This document shows positions 11,888 to 24,775 of a DNA stretch of 64,000 nt, piece by piece. This DNA comes from Tubiluchus corallicola (taxonomy: Eukaryota; Animalia; Priapulida): NCBI GenBank assembly GCA_030141605.1, contig JAQGDQ010000672.1, forward strand, positions 51,082 to 115,081, written 5' to 3'. Numbering within the stretch: position 1 is the first letter of the stretch; each line of letters starts with the position of its first letter. The position numbers were made by a program, and so were the translations under genes. The notes beneath the pieces were generated by a model. The model was not told the origin of the DNA, ran no database searches, and saw nothing but the letters and a program-made list of their open reading frames with translations.

Positions 11888-12657
11888 CTACAAAAATAAC
11901 AAAAAAGAAACACGATTATATTAGTTGAAAACTAACACTTTGAATAACTGCACTTCAGGCTGTGAACATTGGATTATTTATTTATTAAAACATGATCATA
12001 AAATGAAATATTTACTATATATCTAACAAAAATGAAAATGTAATACATCCCTTTCAACTTTCTCAATTTTGTCTTCTCAGTTTTTATTGAACTAGGAAAC
12101 ATTAACACAATACCACTGTGGACGTATTGTTTGTAAATTATTATGTTCTTTACTAAACGTGATAAATTTTTGATAGTACTTATGGTTTGTTTATTAAAAT
12201 TTGATACTACAAAGTGTCGTTACTACTCATTGCATATTATATTTGCTGCTTACATTTTAGTTTATGATGCAGAATCTACATTTGATAATAATCCGGTAGT
12301 GTTATGATCAAACGTTATGATGAAAATGCTTTTAATTATTATACATTACTACATATATATACTACACATATTACTATATATATATATATATATATATGCA
12401 ATGGAATTAATACAATGGAACTTATTTATAGTTATATATTGTATATTACAATATTACTTATTAATATATTATATATTACAATAAATAAGTCAATGTAAAT
12501 CGTGATATTAAATAATTAATTCTCTTCCCAGTATTAGGATGTAATTTTTAATTTTCTGGATAGGTAAACTGTTGATGATAAACTTGTACAACTGACCACA
12601 TTCACTTCCAACTTGCAACTTGTTTATTAGTAATCAAAATTTATAATTTTTACTCAC

Positions 12658-13243
12658 CTAGCAAGCGAATTTTCACCTGATTATTACTGATTGTTTTGCT
12701 GTTCAGTCTGGGTTCTTTGAGTGTTTCTATCGACGTCCCAGAGATGTCAATCATGTACAGATTTGGACTTTGTGTAAAAGACAAATGTCCTGTAACTGAT
12801 GTCAGCTTCTGACAGTCCCAAATGTAGAAGTTCTCCAGGCTTTTCATTGTTTCAAACGCTTTTGAGTCAATTGTCTCTAGAGCTCTGAGCTGAGATAGAG
12901 TTAGGCCTTTGACGTCAGCTGCCAGGGCTGATTCTCCAATGCGTTTCAGCTTGTTTGAATAATATATTTTTAAATAGCTCACTTTTTTTCCGGCCAAAAA
13001 TTTTTCCGGAAACTCGCCGTGTGGATAGAACCTAATGTCAAGGCTATAAATGTCATTTGGTAACGCATCTGAGACCTTCTGCGCGTCTGTCGAAGACAAT
13101 TTTTTCCAGTTACAACGTATTTCACAACGATCCTGTTTGTCTAGCTTACATTCGCACCCCCAAGACGGGCCGCATGCACACTGTGCCTTACAGAACGTGA
13201 TTAGAGATAGAATATAGAACGTAACTTTCATTAGAGATTCCAT
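12658..13243 (-). CDS. LRR surface protein, exon 1 (signal peptide, LRRNT, about 5 LRRs)
   Basis: MESLMKVTFYILSLITFCKAQCACGPSWGCEC...C...C, then LxxLxL-type repeats (KLKRIGESAL, LRALETIDSKAFETMKSLENFYI). Donor G|GTGAGT at 12657. The start may instead be at 13231. Confidence 0.85.
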
Positions 13244-14934
13244 TTGTAGAGTCGAACTGTGTCTCAAATTAATGTTGTTTTCAATGAACAATATGTTTTC
13301 GACAAATATAATCACCTAGATTTTTTAATTATTACAACAAATCAGCAACTTTACCACAAACTTTCAATATTAATTCAATATCAAAAGCTAATAGGAAGAG
13401 ACTTTTGGACTTCTAAATGAGAAATTTTCATCCAAATTTAACAACAGAAGAACCAAGAATACCACCGTTGCTAAAAAATACTTCTAACCAGTGGTTTAGC
13501 GTGTCGTACGAACAACGACTGCTCTGTCGAATCATGCTTTGGGGTCACGGTTTTATACGTCTAATTATGCAAATTTTACATTACTTTATGGATATTAAAT
13601 TTATCAAAATTTATTGTTTACGGATTGATTTTGCTTATGTAGCATATTTATGATATGAGTCAAATGGCGCTGTTTGTTGCGTCGCGATGTTTGTTGTATG
13701 CCAGAAATTATGAATACGTAAGCAAATATGCTCAACTATTTGAAAATGTGTTTGCAAAATGTTTCGATTTCTGACGTCTGCAAAATCTCTTTATGTACAT
13801 ATTATGTACATGTAGCCGGTTCATTATTTCATTATTTCTATGTTCAGTATTGTTAAAGCTAAATGTTGCTTTTTATTTTTTGAAATTTCAGACAATGTTC
13901 TGCAATTTATGTTGAAACCCATTCCTCTCTATGCTGGACTATATTTTTGAGCACAGTAAAATAAAAGAACCAGTTGCGGCTCATGTACAGGTACTGTGGA
14001 ACTGTAGCACCCCTTATTTTCACTCAATATTATCGATAATATTTGATATAATAAGGCATTTTACTTTAGTTCTTTCTTTATACTTGTACGGAACCAGAGC
14101 ATGTGAGGGTAGTATCGCGGTGTTTAGCTGTTGTGCGCATGTGCTCATGCGCACGTGAAAGTACTGTCACTCACACAGTTTGTTGCCAGTTGTCACGTGC
14201 TTCTGCCGTGAATCGATTAAGCTTGAACTGCGACAGTTTAGGCCATTAGTAAGCAAAAAAAATTTTTGTTTAGGATTTTATCAAGTTTATGTATAAACTT
14301 TCCTACGTTCGCTTGTTAAAAATTAGAATTACAACATTAAAATTACATAATTACACAGTATTAAAACAATGGCTAAACATTTTGTGAAGCAGTAACTCCA
14401 GTAATTTTAGCTACGAGCCGCCATTCCACCATGTGCTGAGATGCAATGAGTTTTTTGCACTAATGTAGGTGTTAGAGCTTTCGAGATTAAAGGAAAACTT
14501 CTCATTATTGCGACTGCTAACTAAGACCGTCCCTGTTAGGGAATATTTTTCCGACAAAATGTAACAAATAATGCATCTATCTTTCGTTTTTGCAACACTA
14601 ATTTATCAACTTTGTACAAATTTAGTGAAACGTAAAAGAATTTGAAACCAATTATAGGCACAGAAAGGGGAGCTCATTCATCGGAGGGAAAACAATTTTA
14701 ACATGCATGTTTTGAGCTTTCATAAGCAATTATTCCTGCCACTGTAAATAATTCAAACTGCACCGATTGTGTGTAATTTTAATGAGGTTTTGTGGGTTAC
14801 AACATGCAGACCAACATTAACAAAATACTGAGCGCAAACTGGAATGCCTCAGAACACAACTACTAAACCTGCCTTGCTTAGAGACATAATTGTATTTCAT
14901 CACATTAACATAAGAAAAAAGCTCTATAAATACA

Positions 14935-15317
14935 TCACAATTGATAAACTGACAAGAATATATCATCACTTTGTTTTCTTAGATAATCTATCAGATCATC
15001 TAAGTAGACTACGTCTTTTAAATCTTTGTCTAGCTCTCCTACATGTGTATCTACTTTTACTATTTCATCTTCCAAGTGGATAAACTCTTCCATCATTTTA
15101 GCCGCATCTTTTCTTAACTTGCTTGTATCTTTCATCATCTGGTCGATATTCTTACTGGCGGTGCGCCATTCTGAGTAGATTTCGTTGATTCTAGCCTCCA
15201 TTGCACTGTGGTCTGTTTCCACGTTATCGTCCCATTTGTTAGTTGTTTCTCCTTTTCGATTTGATGGAGGGGCCACAATTCGAGGTGTTTTGTGTTGTTC
15301 GTGTGCCATTAATAGAT
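14935..15317 (-). CDS. Hypothetical coiled-coil protein (probable terminal exon)
   Basis: 124-aa non-repetitive ORF with heptad-like charged helix, preceded by the acceptor TTTCAG| at 15318. No family recognised. Confidence 0.5.
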
Positions 15318-15889
15318 CTGAAACGTGTTCTGTCTCGTAAAAATTTCAAAAGGAAAGTTAAAATTGGGAAAGGAAAAAGAAGAATGAAAAAAAGAAAAGG
15401 AAGAGAAGAGCAGAAAAGAAAACAAATGAAAAGAGAAGAAACTATGCAAAAAAGGAAAGAGAAAAGAAAGAAGTCAAAAGTGTAAAGGTCCATTCACACA
15501 TTTCATTAGCACGTTGGTTGTTAAGAGTATGATCAAGTTACAAGAGTGACTCTCTCGTTATTTTCTTGGTCATAAAAACTATTGATTAAATATAAGTTCT
15601 GTTTACTTTTTTTACTTTATTACACACTTTTCTCATTTATAATTGAAAGTCTGTTGGCACACGTATATGGGCCATTTGAGCTGTTTTACTGGACGAACCA
15701 ACGAACCACGTCAACGGAAAATTTTTATTGCTAGATGAACCGGATGTATGGCATTGGTGAACAAATCTGTTATTCTGTGTTGAAAGAAAGGACAGACGCA
15801 TTGCATCATCAGATTTAAAAGTGAAATAAAAATGCAAAGAAATAGGAAGAATAAAAAACGAGAGAAGATAGATAAGAGGGACAGAGAGG

Positions 15890-15928
15890 GGGGTGAACGA
15901 GAAAAGAGCGAGAGAAAGTGAGTGAGAG

Positions 15929-15961
<33 letters not shown>

Positions 15962-16012
15962 AATATATATTTGTGAATATATATACACAAAGAGAGAGAG
16001 AGAGAGTGAGAG

Positions 16013-16060
<48 letters not shown>

Positions 16061-16295
16061 AAAGGGAGAGAGTGTGAAAGAAAGAGAGAGAAAAATTGAG
16101 AGAGAGAGTGAGAGAGAGAGAGAGAGAGACAGAAAGAGAGAGAGTGAGAGAGAGACAGAGAGAAGGAAAGAGAGAGCGAGAGAGAGAAAGAAAGAAAGAA
16201 GGAGAGGGTGAAAGAGAGAGATTGAGAGAGAGAGAAAGAACGAAAGAGAAAGAAAAGGAGAGAGTGTGAAAGAAAGAGAGAGAGAGAAATTGAGA

Positions 16296-16336
<41 letters not shown>

Positions 16337-16505
16337 GGAAAGAGAGAGCGAGAGAGAGAAGGAAAGAAAGAAGGAGAGGGTGAAAGAGAGAGAGATTGAG
16401 AGAGAGAAAGAACGAAAGAGAAAGAAAGGGAGAGAGTGTGAAAGGAAGAGAAAAAGAGAGAGTCAGAAGGAAGAAACAATAGAGAAAGAGGAAAGAAAGA
16501 CAGAA
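15890..16505. repeat. Degenerate (GA)n/purine-rich tract with internal duplication
   Basis: Direct reading. Confidence 0.9.
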
Positions 16506-16937
16506 ACAGACTATTTATTTATTACTCCCTTACCTTTACTTAAAAGTTTTGCCTTTGGGATACTAACTTTATGATACTTTGCAAGAAATTCTTTTGTTTG
16601 GAAGCTGTGGATGCTGGACATTCCTCTGAAAAGAATGCATTATTTGTCATGGCGTCGCCATGGCGACAACTGAACGCTCTCGTAAATTATTAGTTTTTCG
16701 CATACTAAGTCACACCACAAACTTTTACATGTCGTTAATTAATTAATGCGTTTATTTTACCGTTTTCATTATTTCGTTACGTGTTGCACAACATTTCTGA
16801 TAAAAATATTTCATTTTGAACGAAATAGGAGCAGAAATGGTAAATCACAGACAAAAATTGTATTAGAAATGCTTGATTTTTCTCCTTATTCTGTTGCTCT
16901 AATGTAGACATTGAGCCTGTATCTCTTGTTATATTAA

Positions 16938-17397
16938 CCCTTTCAGTCCTAGATTATTTTTTAATAAGAAAACATTTTTTGGCTTGAACTTTTGTTCAGT
17001 ATGTCCATCTTGTTTACACATAATAATAATTTTTTTCTACCTGTGCCCGCGTGCTAAATGTAGCCTGTATCTCACGGGATACATTGGGATTCAATTGAAG
17101 CATGAAATGTGCTTCATTTTGCAACTGCTGATAATTTCTTAAAGTGTTTAAGACATTTAGTGTGCATGCTATGCTGATCTGTACAAAGTTCTATCTAAGG
17201 TACTGTACATTGCACAGTTTTTTATGCTATGTGTAGATTTTCTAGTTTGCCATTTTATCACCATTTTTAGTCTATTGTTATTGGCTTAAATCAAAACAAC
17301 TATTAACAGATCAAATAACTGTCAGTTTTAAAATTTTATTAATTTTAAAGACAGAAAATATTCTCGTATCCCACGGGATACAACGGGTATGAAAGGG
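16938..17397. mobile_element. piggyBac-type MITE, 460 bp
   Basis: TTAA|CCCTTTCA ... TGAAAGGG|TTAA. The internal palindrome GTATC(T/C)CACGGGATAC occurs twice (about 17067 and 17366). Confidence 0.85.
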
Positions 17398-17824
17398 TTA
17401 ATAGCACCCGTTATTCCCCACTTGAGATGTACGCCTATACGCGATTGAGACTCCCACCCGCACTATTTGAAAGTTGCAACCGATAGATGGCGCTACGTAG
17501 ATAGAAGACAGAGACTACGCAATTGTGGAGAAATTCAAACTGCAAATCACGTTTTCTTAGGCCGTCAATTAACAGCTGAAACTAGAAGAAGATTCAACAA
17601 TGTTGACTTTACATCCTTAACGTCAGTTATGAATAGCAATTTTATTTTTGCTAAAGATTTTTTTCAACGTTTTAAAAGCCTATGAATAAGAAAGCACACC
17701 AATTTTGCAAGTACCATATAATGGTATATACATACAATAGCATTTAAATATAGATATATCTATCATGTAATTGTATATATATATATATTATGATATATTG
17801 TGATATCAAACGGCTTATATATAT

Positions 17825-18121
17825 ATGTAATCTTTATTTGCCATTAAAATACATCGATAATCACTGATAAAAACTTTACAGAGATGATCAATCAGTGTTA
17901 GTTAATAAAAACTTACTCTGCTAAAGGCAAATGCGTCAGTGCAATCTACACTACTGTGCAGTAATGGAGAGTAACGACGAATAAAATCAAAAATATTTAC
18001 AAGTATGCACAAAAAATGAAAAAAAATCTGAGTTAGTGTGTATGTTGTCGTGCTGGTGTGATGGTATTTCATATCTGGTTAATATTAGTGATTTTAATTT
18101 TGTTTTAAATGCTGATAGGGA
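17825..18121 (-). mobile_element. Inverted copy of the LINE 3' end at 4290-4620
   Basis: Reverse-complement similarity; tail runs into an AT-rich microsatellite. Confidence 0.7.
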
Positions 18122-18445
18122 CGATATATTGTTATTGCCGACGCAAGTCCAGTACGTAAAAGGGCAGTAAGTTGGAGGTATACAATTTTAAGACAAATTT
18201 TTGAGCTTTAAGTAAGTGGTGGATCTTCTTGTGCTTTAATGTTTTGAAACTTCTTCAGTTATGCAGAATTCGGGATGGCTTCTTCTGTATATATGAAACG
18301 TGCAGAACAAGAAAGAACAACAAAAAATACATTCAAACTCGGCGAACAGACGAAGTTTGCATCGAATTTTATTAGGTCATAAACTCCCCTCAAGAAATTG
18401 TCAATTTTAAGTAGTTATTATCATAATTACAACAATTAATATATG

Positions 18446-18858
18446 ATGGACCGGAAATAAGCCTAAAAACTATTACAATGGAACGGAAATAGGCCTAAAA
18501 ACTATTACGATGGACCGGAAATAGTACTAAAAACTATTACAATGGACAGGAAATAGGCCTAAATACTATTACGATGGACAGGAAATAGTACTAAAAACTA
18601 TTTTGACGGACCGGAAATAGGCCTAAAAACTATTACAATGGACCGGAAATAGTCCTAAAAACTATTACGATGGACCGGAAATAGGTCTAAAAAGTATTAC
18701 GATGGACCGGAAATAGGCCTGAAAACTATTACAATGGACCGGAAGTAGTCCTAAAAACTATTAAGAAGGACCGTAAATAGGCCTAAAAACTATTACGACA
18801 GACCGGAAATAGTCGTAAAAACTATTATGAAGGACTGGAAATAGGCCTAAAAAGTATT
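18446..18858. repeat. 32-bp tandem repeat, about 13 copies
   Basis: Unit ATGGACCGGAAATAGGCCTAAAAACTATTACA/G. Confidence 0.92.
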
Positions 18859-20460
18859 CTAACAACAAAATGTAGCACACTGTTCAACAACATTAATTAT
18901 TTTAACAACTGCATTATCGCTTAACAATAAATTAATTTGTCTATCACAGTCAAACGGAATTTAATGCAAAACTCAATGCTCTTAATGCTATTATAACATC
19001 AGCTTGTCTAAACAAACACATTCAAAAGACGTACAGTCTCGCCTGCTGTTGCCACAAGCTGTCAAAACGCAAAATCGATTGAGATTTTTTCAAATACTAC
19101 CCAACAGATGGCAGCACCACACTACGACAGCACTAGCTTCTGAAATACTGTTAAACTGTGTAATCAAACGTTTTTTATCGTCATTGTCAGTGAATTAGTT
19201 AGACGGAGAATTTTAATCAACAATAAAACTTTTGATAATAATCACTGAAGAAATATAAATTCATTTGATGAAGACGAATTTTAACCCTACAAGGGGAAAC
19301 ATCTAACAGCAAAATTACTATTTACAAATGTTCATTGTATATCAAATAAATAAGCTCAGTAAGCCACTCCGTATTCATTTCATCAAAGGTTTTCATTAGG
19401 CAGTAGTCACTCTTTTTGCCAACAGATGACACCAGTGGAATTAAGCATATCATAGTCATAGTCATCTGAAAGTGATTAAACTAATTATTAATTAAATTGG
19501 TTTAAGGCTTTAAGCTATTAATACGTAAAGGTACATCAACAGCAATTATCAGTATTTAAAACAGCGAAATTTAATGCATCTTTTAACAAGTCAAAATAGT
19601 GACACGAAAGCTCACAAATAATTAATTATGTAAATACCAGTAATTAGTCTAATTACGCTTAGCAAAACATAAATAATAATTACATTCTAAGATTTCCATG
19701 CTTGTCAGTATGAGATTAGATGAGAAACAAAGTAGTTTAATGTTCGTTGAATTATTATAGCACAACTCTAATTACTCGTGGCGCCATCTACTGGGCGATT
19801 TTAAAGTGAATTCAGCTAATGTTCACAAACAAATGCGTGCTGCTTGATTGGTTGGCACGAAACCTAATAGCTTAATACCTAACACTGACGAAGCTCGTAG
19901 TAATTCAATTTTCTCGACAGCAGATGTCGCCACGGTAGGCTTAACAATGTTTGCTAGTATCAGCATGCGATTAAAAAAATCACAGCCTTGCCATTTTGTA
20001 ATTTTCACCGCGTTGAAAGCAATACATAATGACAAATTCTATTAACTAGTATTCACTGTGAATTCTTTAATGGCTAAAAACTTTTTGCACCTTCAAGCAC
20101 ATGCTCCAGACAAGCCGTCAGGTACACAAGGACGGAAAGTTAAAGTACAAGGTACACGACCGCTTTTTAAACTCATCACCAGATGTGCTACAATCACTGA
20201 TTAATTATATATAATTACATATATTATATATTATTACAGGTGATAATGACTTTGATATTAATTAATTATTATCTGTTCCACCTGTGACAGATTACATAAT
20301 AATGAGCAAATTTTGATGACTCGATGTCATAATTCTAATTCAAGCAACAGCTTAACTACTTAATTAATAAATTAATCACCTACACTTGTGAATTAATAAT
20401 GACAGAGCTCACAAATGTTTTGAAATCACATTGATAAAAAAATGTAAAAATTCTGAGAAG

Positions 20461-20530
20461 TGCACTTAGATTTGAACCAGACGCCTTTAGAATACAAGTA
20501 CAACTTTTTAGACCAATAGGCCTTCACAGC
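20461..20530 (-). mobile_element. Degenerate tRNA-derived SINE head
   Basis: Minus strand reads GGCCTATTGGTCTAA (A-box-like) and GGTTCAAATCT (B-box-like) at tRNA spacing; the cloverleaf is poor. Confidence 0.35.
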
Positions 20531-21229
20531 TTTTTGGAATTAATAAGCAGAGTCGATGAAGTACTCATCTATTCAAATAGAATAATTATAATTGGGCTGG
20601 TATTATTAGACTAGTTATTATTATTATTAATAGAATGGTAATTTATTGAGTTTTTTTAGTAAAATAGTAATTAAATTAATTAATTATTACTGGCAGACAT
20701 AAAATTATTGATTTTTAATAACGAAAATTAAGATGTTTAGTAAGATATTAGAAGTGAACTAAAACTCGCCTTTTTTTAGTATATGTGAACATGTCTTGTA
20801 CAAGCTAACGAAATATTTCCTTTATTAAGTCAGGTTCACACTAGCCTTAATCCTAGCTTGTACAAGACACATGCTCACATACACTACAGAACAGCATAAT
20901 GAAAACGTAACTAGGTCAATGCCCACACTTTAAACTTTCTAGCTAGATGGAGCCACCTTGGCTACAAAATTAAAATTTATTAAGTCAGGTTCACACTGGC
21001 CTTAATAACGATCATTAAGTTTCTAGCAAAAGGCAAAGGTACAAACAAAAGCTGTGCGTCCTCCACATTTGCCCCGGAATTGTAACATGATTGTCCCGAT
21101 CGGAGTTGACACATCGACACGTCAAAAACTGGCTCAGCGATATAAACCGATGCTTTTAAACACAATAAGAACTTACGAACAAATAATATATAGAAGGAAC
21201 TAGAATATCAGACTAAGGCTGAGTAAATG

Positions 21230-22407
21230 TTAGCGAGGATCCAGTTTGAAGTGAGTCCCGGACACTTTTAGATGTTGTAGGGTCTTCACCATTGCTCGCG
21301 TGAAACTGCAAGAATCGTAATCGATTCCGAGTCTCTCGCACAGGGCGCGCACATGAGGCGACGCCGATCGCAGCTTGTTCCGCGACATCATGGGGAACAG
21401 GTGGTGTTCGATGTGAAATTGCAATCCTCCGTAGTACCAGTCCAGCCACAGCGGACAGTCGATGTTCATGTTGGACTCGATCTGAAAGCGGTACCAGCTG
21501 ATGTCGTGGAATTCGTCGATGTTCGCGAAGAGCTTGCAGTAGTGGCTGAGAATGAGCTGAAAGTGAAAGATGCCCTCCACCGAGGAGGCGATGATGTAAA
21601 AGACGGTCACTTCTTTCCAGGTGGGCAGGTACGACAACAGCGTGCACAACCAGAGCCAGTGGAACATCCAGGCGACCCACTCGTACCACCTCCGCTCGAA
21701 CTGGAACAGGAAGCTGTCGAGAACGATCTCGTATCGTCCGGCCAGGGTGACGAACGGCACGAAGGTGAAGTGCTGGATCTTGATGAGCCAGTACTGCAAC
21801 CTGGTGGTGTAAAACGGAAACATCTTGATGTTCTGCGCCCACACCGACTCCCACATCTGCGGATCGATGAATCGCGTGGAGGTGTCGACGACGTTGGTCA
21901 ACGCGTGGTGCAGAATGTGTTCGTCTCTCCACCAACTGGAGCTGAATCCGAAGCAGACCGTTCCGAAGAACAACCCGCCCAGGTAGTCCTTGTCGAAGGA
22001 CTTGTAGACCTGACTGTGCATGTATTCGTGCATGATGAACCCGCACTGTTGCCAGAAGAAGGCCAACGCGACGGCGGCAAGGTAGTGAACGTACCACTGC
22101 GAGAACTGGGTGGTGAGACAAACGGCCGTCGTAAACAGCAGAAATGTCACCGCCATCTTCTTGGCGTACCACACATGGTCAGTTTCAAAGAAACCCATGG
22201 TCACGAAGTCATCTCTGAGTTTATCAAATGCTCGATCTACAGGATCGTCTCGCCTCTTATAGTAGCCAACAGGTTTCCTGTGTTTTAGCACCCAGTTTTT
22301 GTGTCCAAACGCGTGGAACGCGGTCGTTGCATCCTGTCCCAGAAATTTCTTCATCACGGGTCCTCCGGGATGTTTGTCGACGAAATCCGTCACGTCGTAC
22401 CATTTTC
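21230..22407 (-). CDS. Cytochrome-b5-fusion membrane desaturase (front-end / sphingolipid delta-8-like), exon 2
   Basis: Acceptor TTTTGCAG|GA. Encodes KWYDVTDFVDKHPGG (b5 heme motif) and His boxes HEYMH, HILHH and HIEHH; TAA at 21230. Confidence 0.95.
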
Positions 22408-22429
22408 CTGCAAAATTATCAATACGTCA

Positions 22430-22863
22430 GACACAGTTTTCTGATACTATTGTTGTGTGCAGCACACAGTCTGATACTATTGTTGTGTGCAGTACACAGC
22501 CTGATACTATTGTTGTGTGCAGTACACAGTCTGATACTATTGTTGTGTGCAGTACACAGTCTGATACTATTGTTGCGTGCAGTACACAGTCTGATACTAT
22601 TGTTGTGTGCAGTACACAGTCTGATACTATTGTTGTGTGCACTACACAGTCTGATACTATTGTTGTGTGCAGCACACAGTCTGATACTATTGTTGTGTGC
22701 AGCACACAGTCTGATACTATTGTTGTGTGCAGTACACAGTCTGATACTATTGTTGTGTGCAGTACACAGTCTGATACTATTGTTGTGTGCAGTACACAGT
22801 CTGATACTATTGTTGTGTGCAGTACACAGTCTGATACTATTGTTGTGTGCAGTACACAGTCTG
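22430..22863. repeat. 30-bp tandem repeat, about 14 copies
   Basis: Unit CTGATACTATTGTTGTGTGCAGTACACAGT. Confidence 0.95.
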
Positions 22864-22899
22864 TTTATCACACCAATACTATAATTAGTCCATAAAGAC

Positions 22900-23510
22900 A
22901 TACAGTAAACGTTGCTGCAGTAACTCCTAATAGAGTGATTTTTAACATCATCTGAACAAACAGAAAATGTTCATATTAGAGAGTTAATCCGTATATAAAA
23001 CAGACTATTCTAGTTTTTGAATGTCACAGACTAGTGAACATTACATGACCAAGATATTTTTGATAGGAACTGTATTGATTAGCATACTAATCTTAAAAAC
23101 CCCAGTATGAATAACAGAACACTAAATTTAAAAAACATTAGAACAACAATCAATATGGAAAGAATTCCATTACTAAGCAAACAATACAACTTTGGAATTC
23201 ATTACCGACATCACTAAAACACAGCAGCTCTTTATCAATATTCAAGTCTAAATTAAAAAAACATTTAATGACACGTTTTGAATATCCGACATACGAACAC
23301 GACGACACCTACTCAAATCATAATTTCATTTTTCCTAGACTTTACTAAACTAGTTTATATTTTATTTTTGAATTTCTAGTTGCACTTATAGTTTAGCTTG
23401 CACCAGACGCATTTGCCCAGAACAGTGTATGTTTTTATATGAACTAACACTGATTGTCTGTCTTTGATTATGATGGTCAATGTTTTTAAAATGGCAAATA
23501 AAGATTTTAC
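22900..23510 (+). mobile_element. CR1/L2-group LINE 3' end
   Basis: IQLWNSLPTSLKHSSSLSIFKSKLKKHL. The 3'UTR (GACGCATTTGCC...AATAAAGATT) is related to the 4200-4620 element; microsatellite tail at 23510-23632. Confidence 0.7.
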
Positions 23511-24248
23511 TACTACTGCTGCCGCTGCCGCTGCCGCGGCCGCTGCCGCTACCGCTACCACTACCACTACCACTACCACTACCACTACCACTACCACTAC
23601 CACTACCACTACCACTACCACTACCACCACCATATTTTAATTTAAATTTACTATTTTCATACAGCCTTGCTACTAATGAAACCTCTGTATGCAATAATTT
23701 CCATGGAAACAAAAAGTCAGACGGAAACGCATAACGACTTTCTAAACGAAAGGAAACAACGAACAAACGAACAAACAAACAAACGACAAACAAGCATGCA
23801 AACGCTCAATGAACAGAATGTACAGCAACTGCATAGGCTGCTGTACACTTGGAGCGAGTCACTAGATTTAATCGATGTAAGCAAGGACAACGATGATCAT
23901 TGGCAACCCTTCACTAGACTACACACTGTGAGCCGTAATGGGTTAGACACTTAATGACAGACAGCGTAAATCTATAAGGCAAATATTTTTACTAAATTAT
24001 GTGTAAAATGCAAACAGAATACAATTTTAAGCCGGGAGGGGCAATTTATGCATGGAAAATACAGCAGATTCAGCCTTTGTGCGTTAATTTATGCATTCTG
24101 TGTTCCGCAAGTTAACATCTAACACCAAACAGTACGTGGTTGTAGCAGGACCGGTATCTGGCACGACCTCAAGGGAGTGCGTATAGTGCTTTTTGTATAG
24201 CAATCAGCAATTTATTTCGTGAAAATTAGATTTGTAATTAATGTTATC

Positions 24249-24775
24249 TTAAAGGAAAAGTCAAGTCTTTTGGGCAGATAGACTTACATGCGTTTTAAAC
24301 ATAAACTGTGGTAAAAAATGTTAAAAGGATTTTGTAATAAAAGCGTGACAAACGGCTCGCGTAACCACTAGTATAACCACTTTAAAGTCGCGATCACCTC
24401 ATGCTTGGGAACTCCCATTTTCAATGCCCATTCTTCTTCCAATGACGTCATTCGTCGTGTAGAAAAGTAGCGCGCTATTAATCTTCACCAAAAGTATAAC
24501 AGGTTTTTAGTACAACGCCCTGAATACCTCACAGTAACACTGTACTTCAATTTTCCGTTTCACAAACACGTGCACGACGCTCATGGACTATTTTTGCTAT
24601 TGAAAATTATGTTAGTTTGTGATGTCATCAATAGTTGAGCTCGCCCGTCGTTAATTAAATGTCTAATCTATTATTTAATTAGCAGAAACGCTTTTGCAGT
24701 ATTAATTATGTTAAAATGTATAGTTTTTATCGGACTGGAAAATGGGGTAGGAAAAATCATCCTGTCTTCCTTTAA
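24249..24775. mobile_element. Kolobok-like MITE
   Basis: TTAA|AGGAAAAG ... GTCTTCCT|TTAA; right half shared with 9044-9654. Confidence 0.65.

Noticed and set aside
21213-22288. 311-aa antisense and 319-aa alternative-frame ORFs
   Set aside because: Shadows of the GC3-rich desaturase exon.
22228-22901. ORFs of 92-218 aa in several frames
   Set aside because: Translations of the 30-bp intronic repeat.
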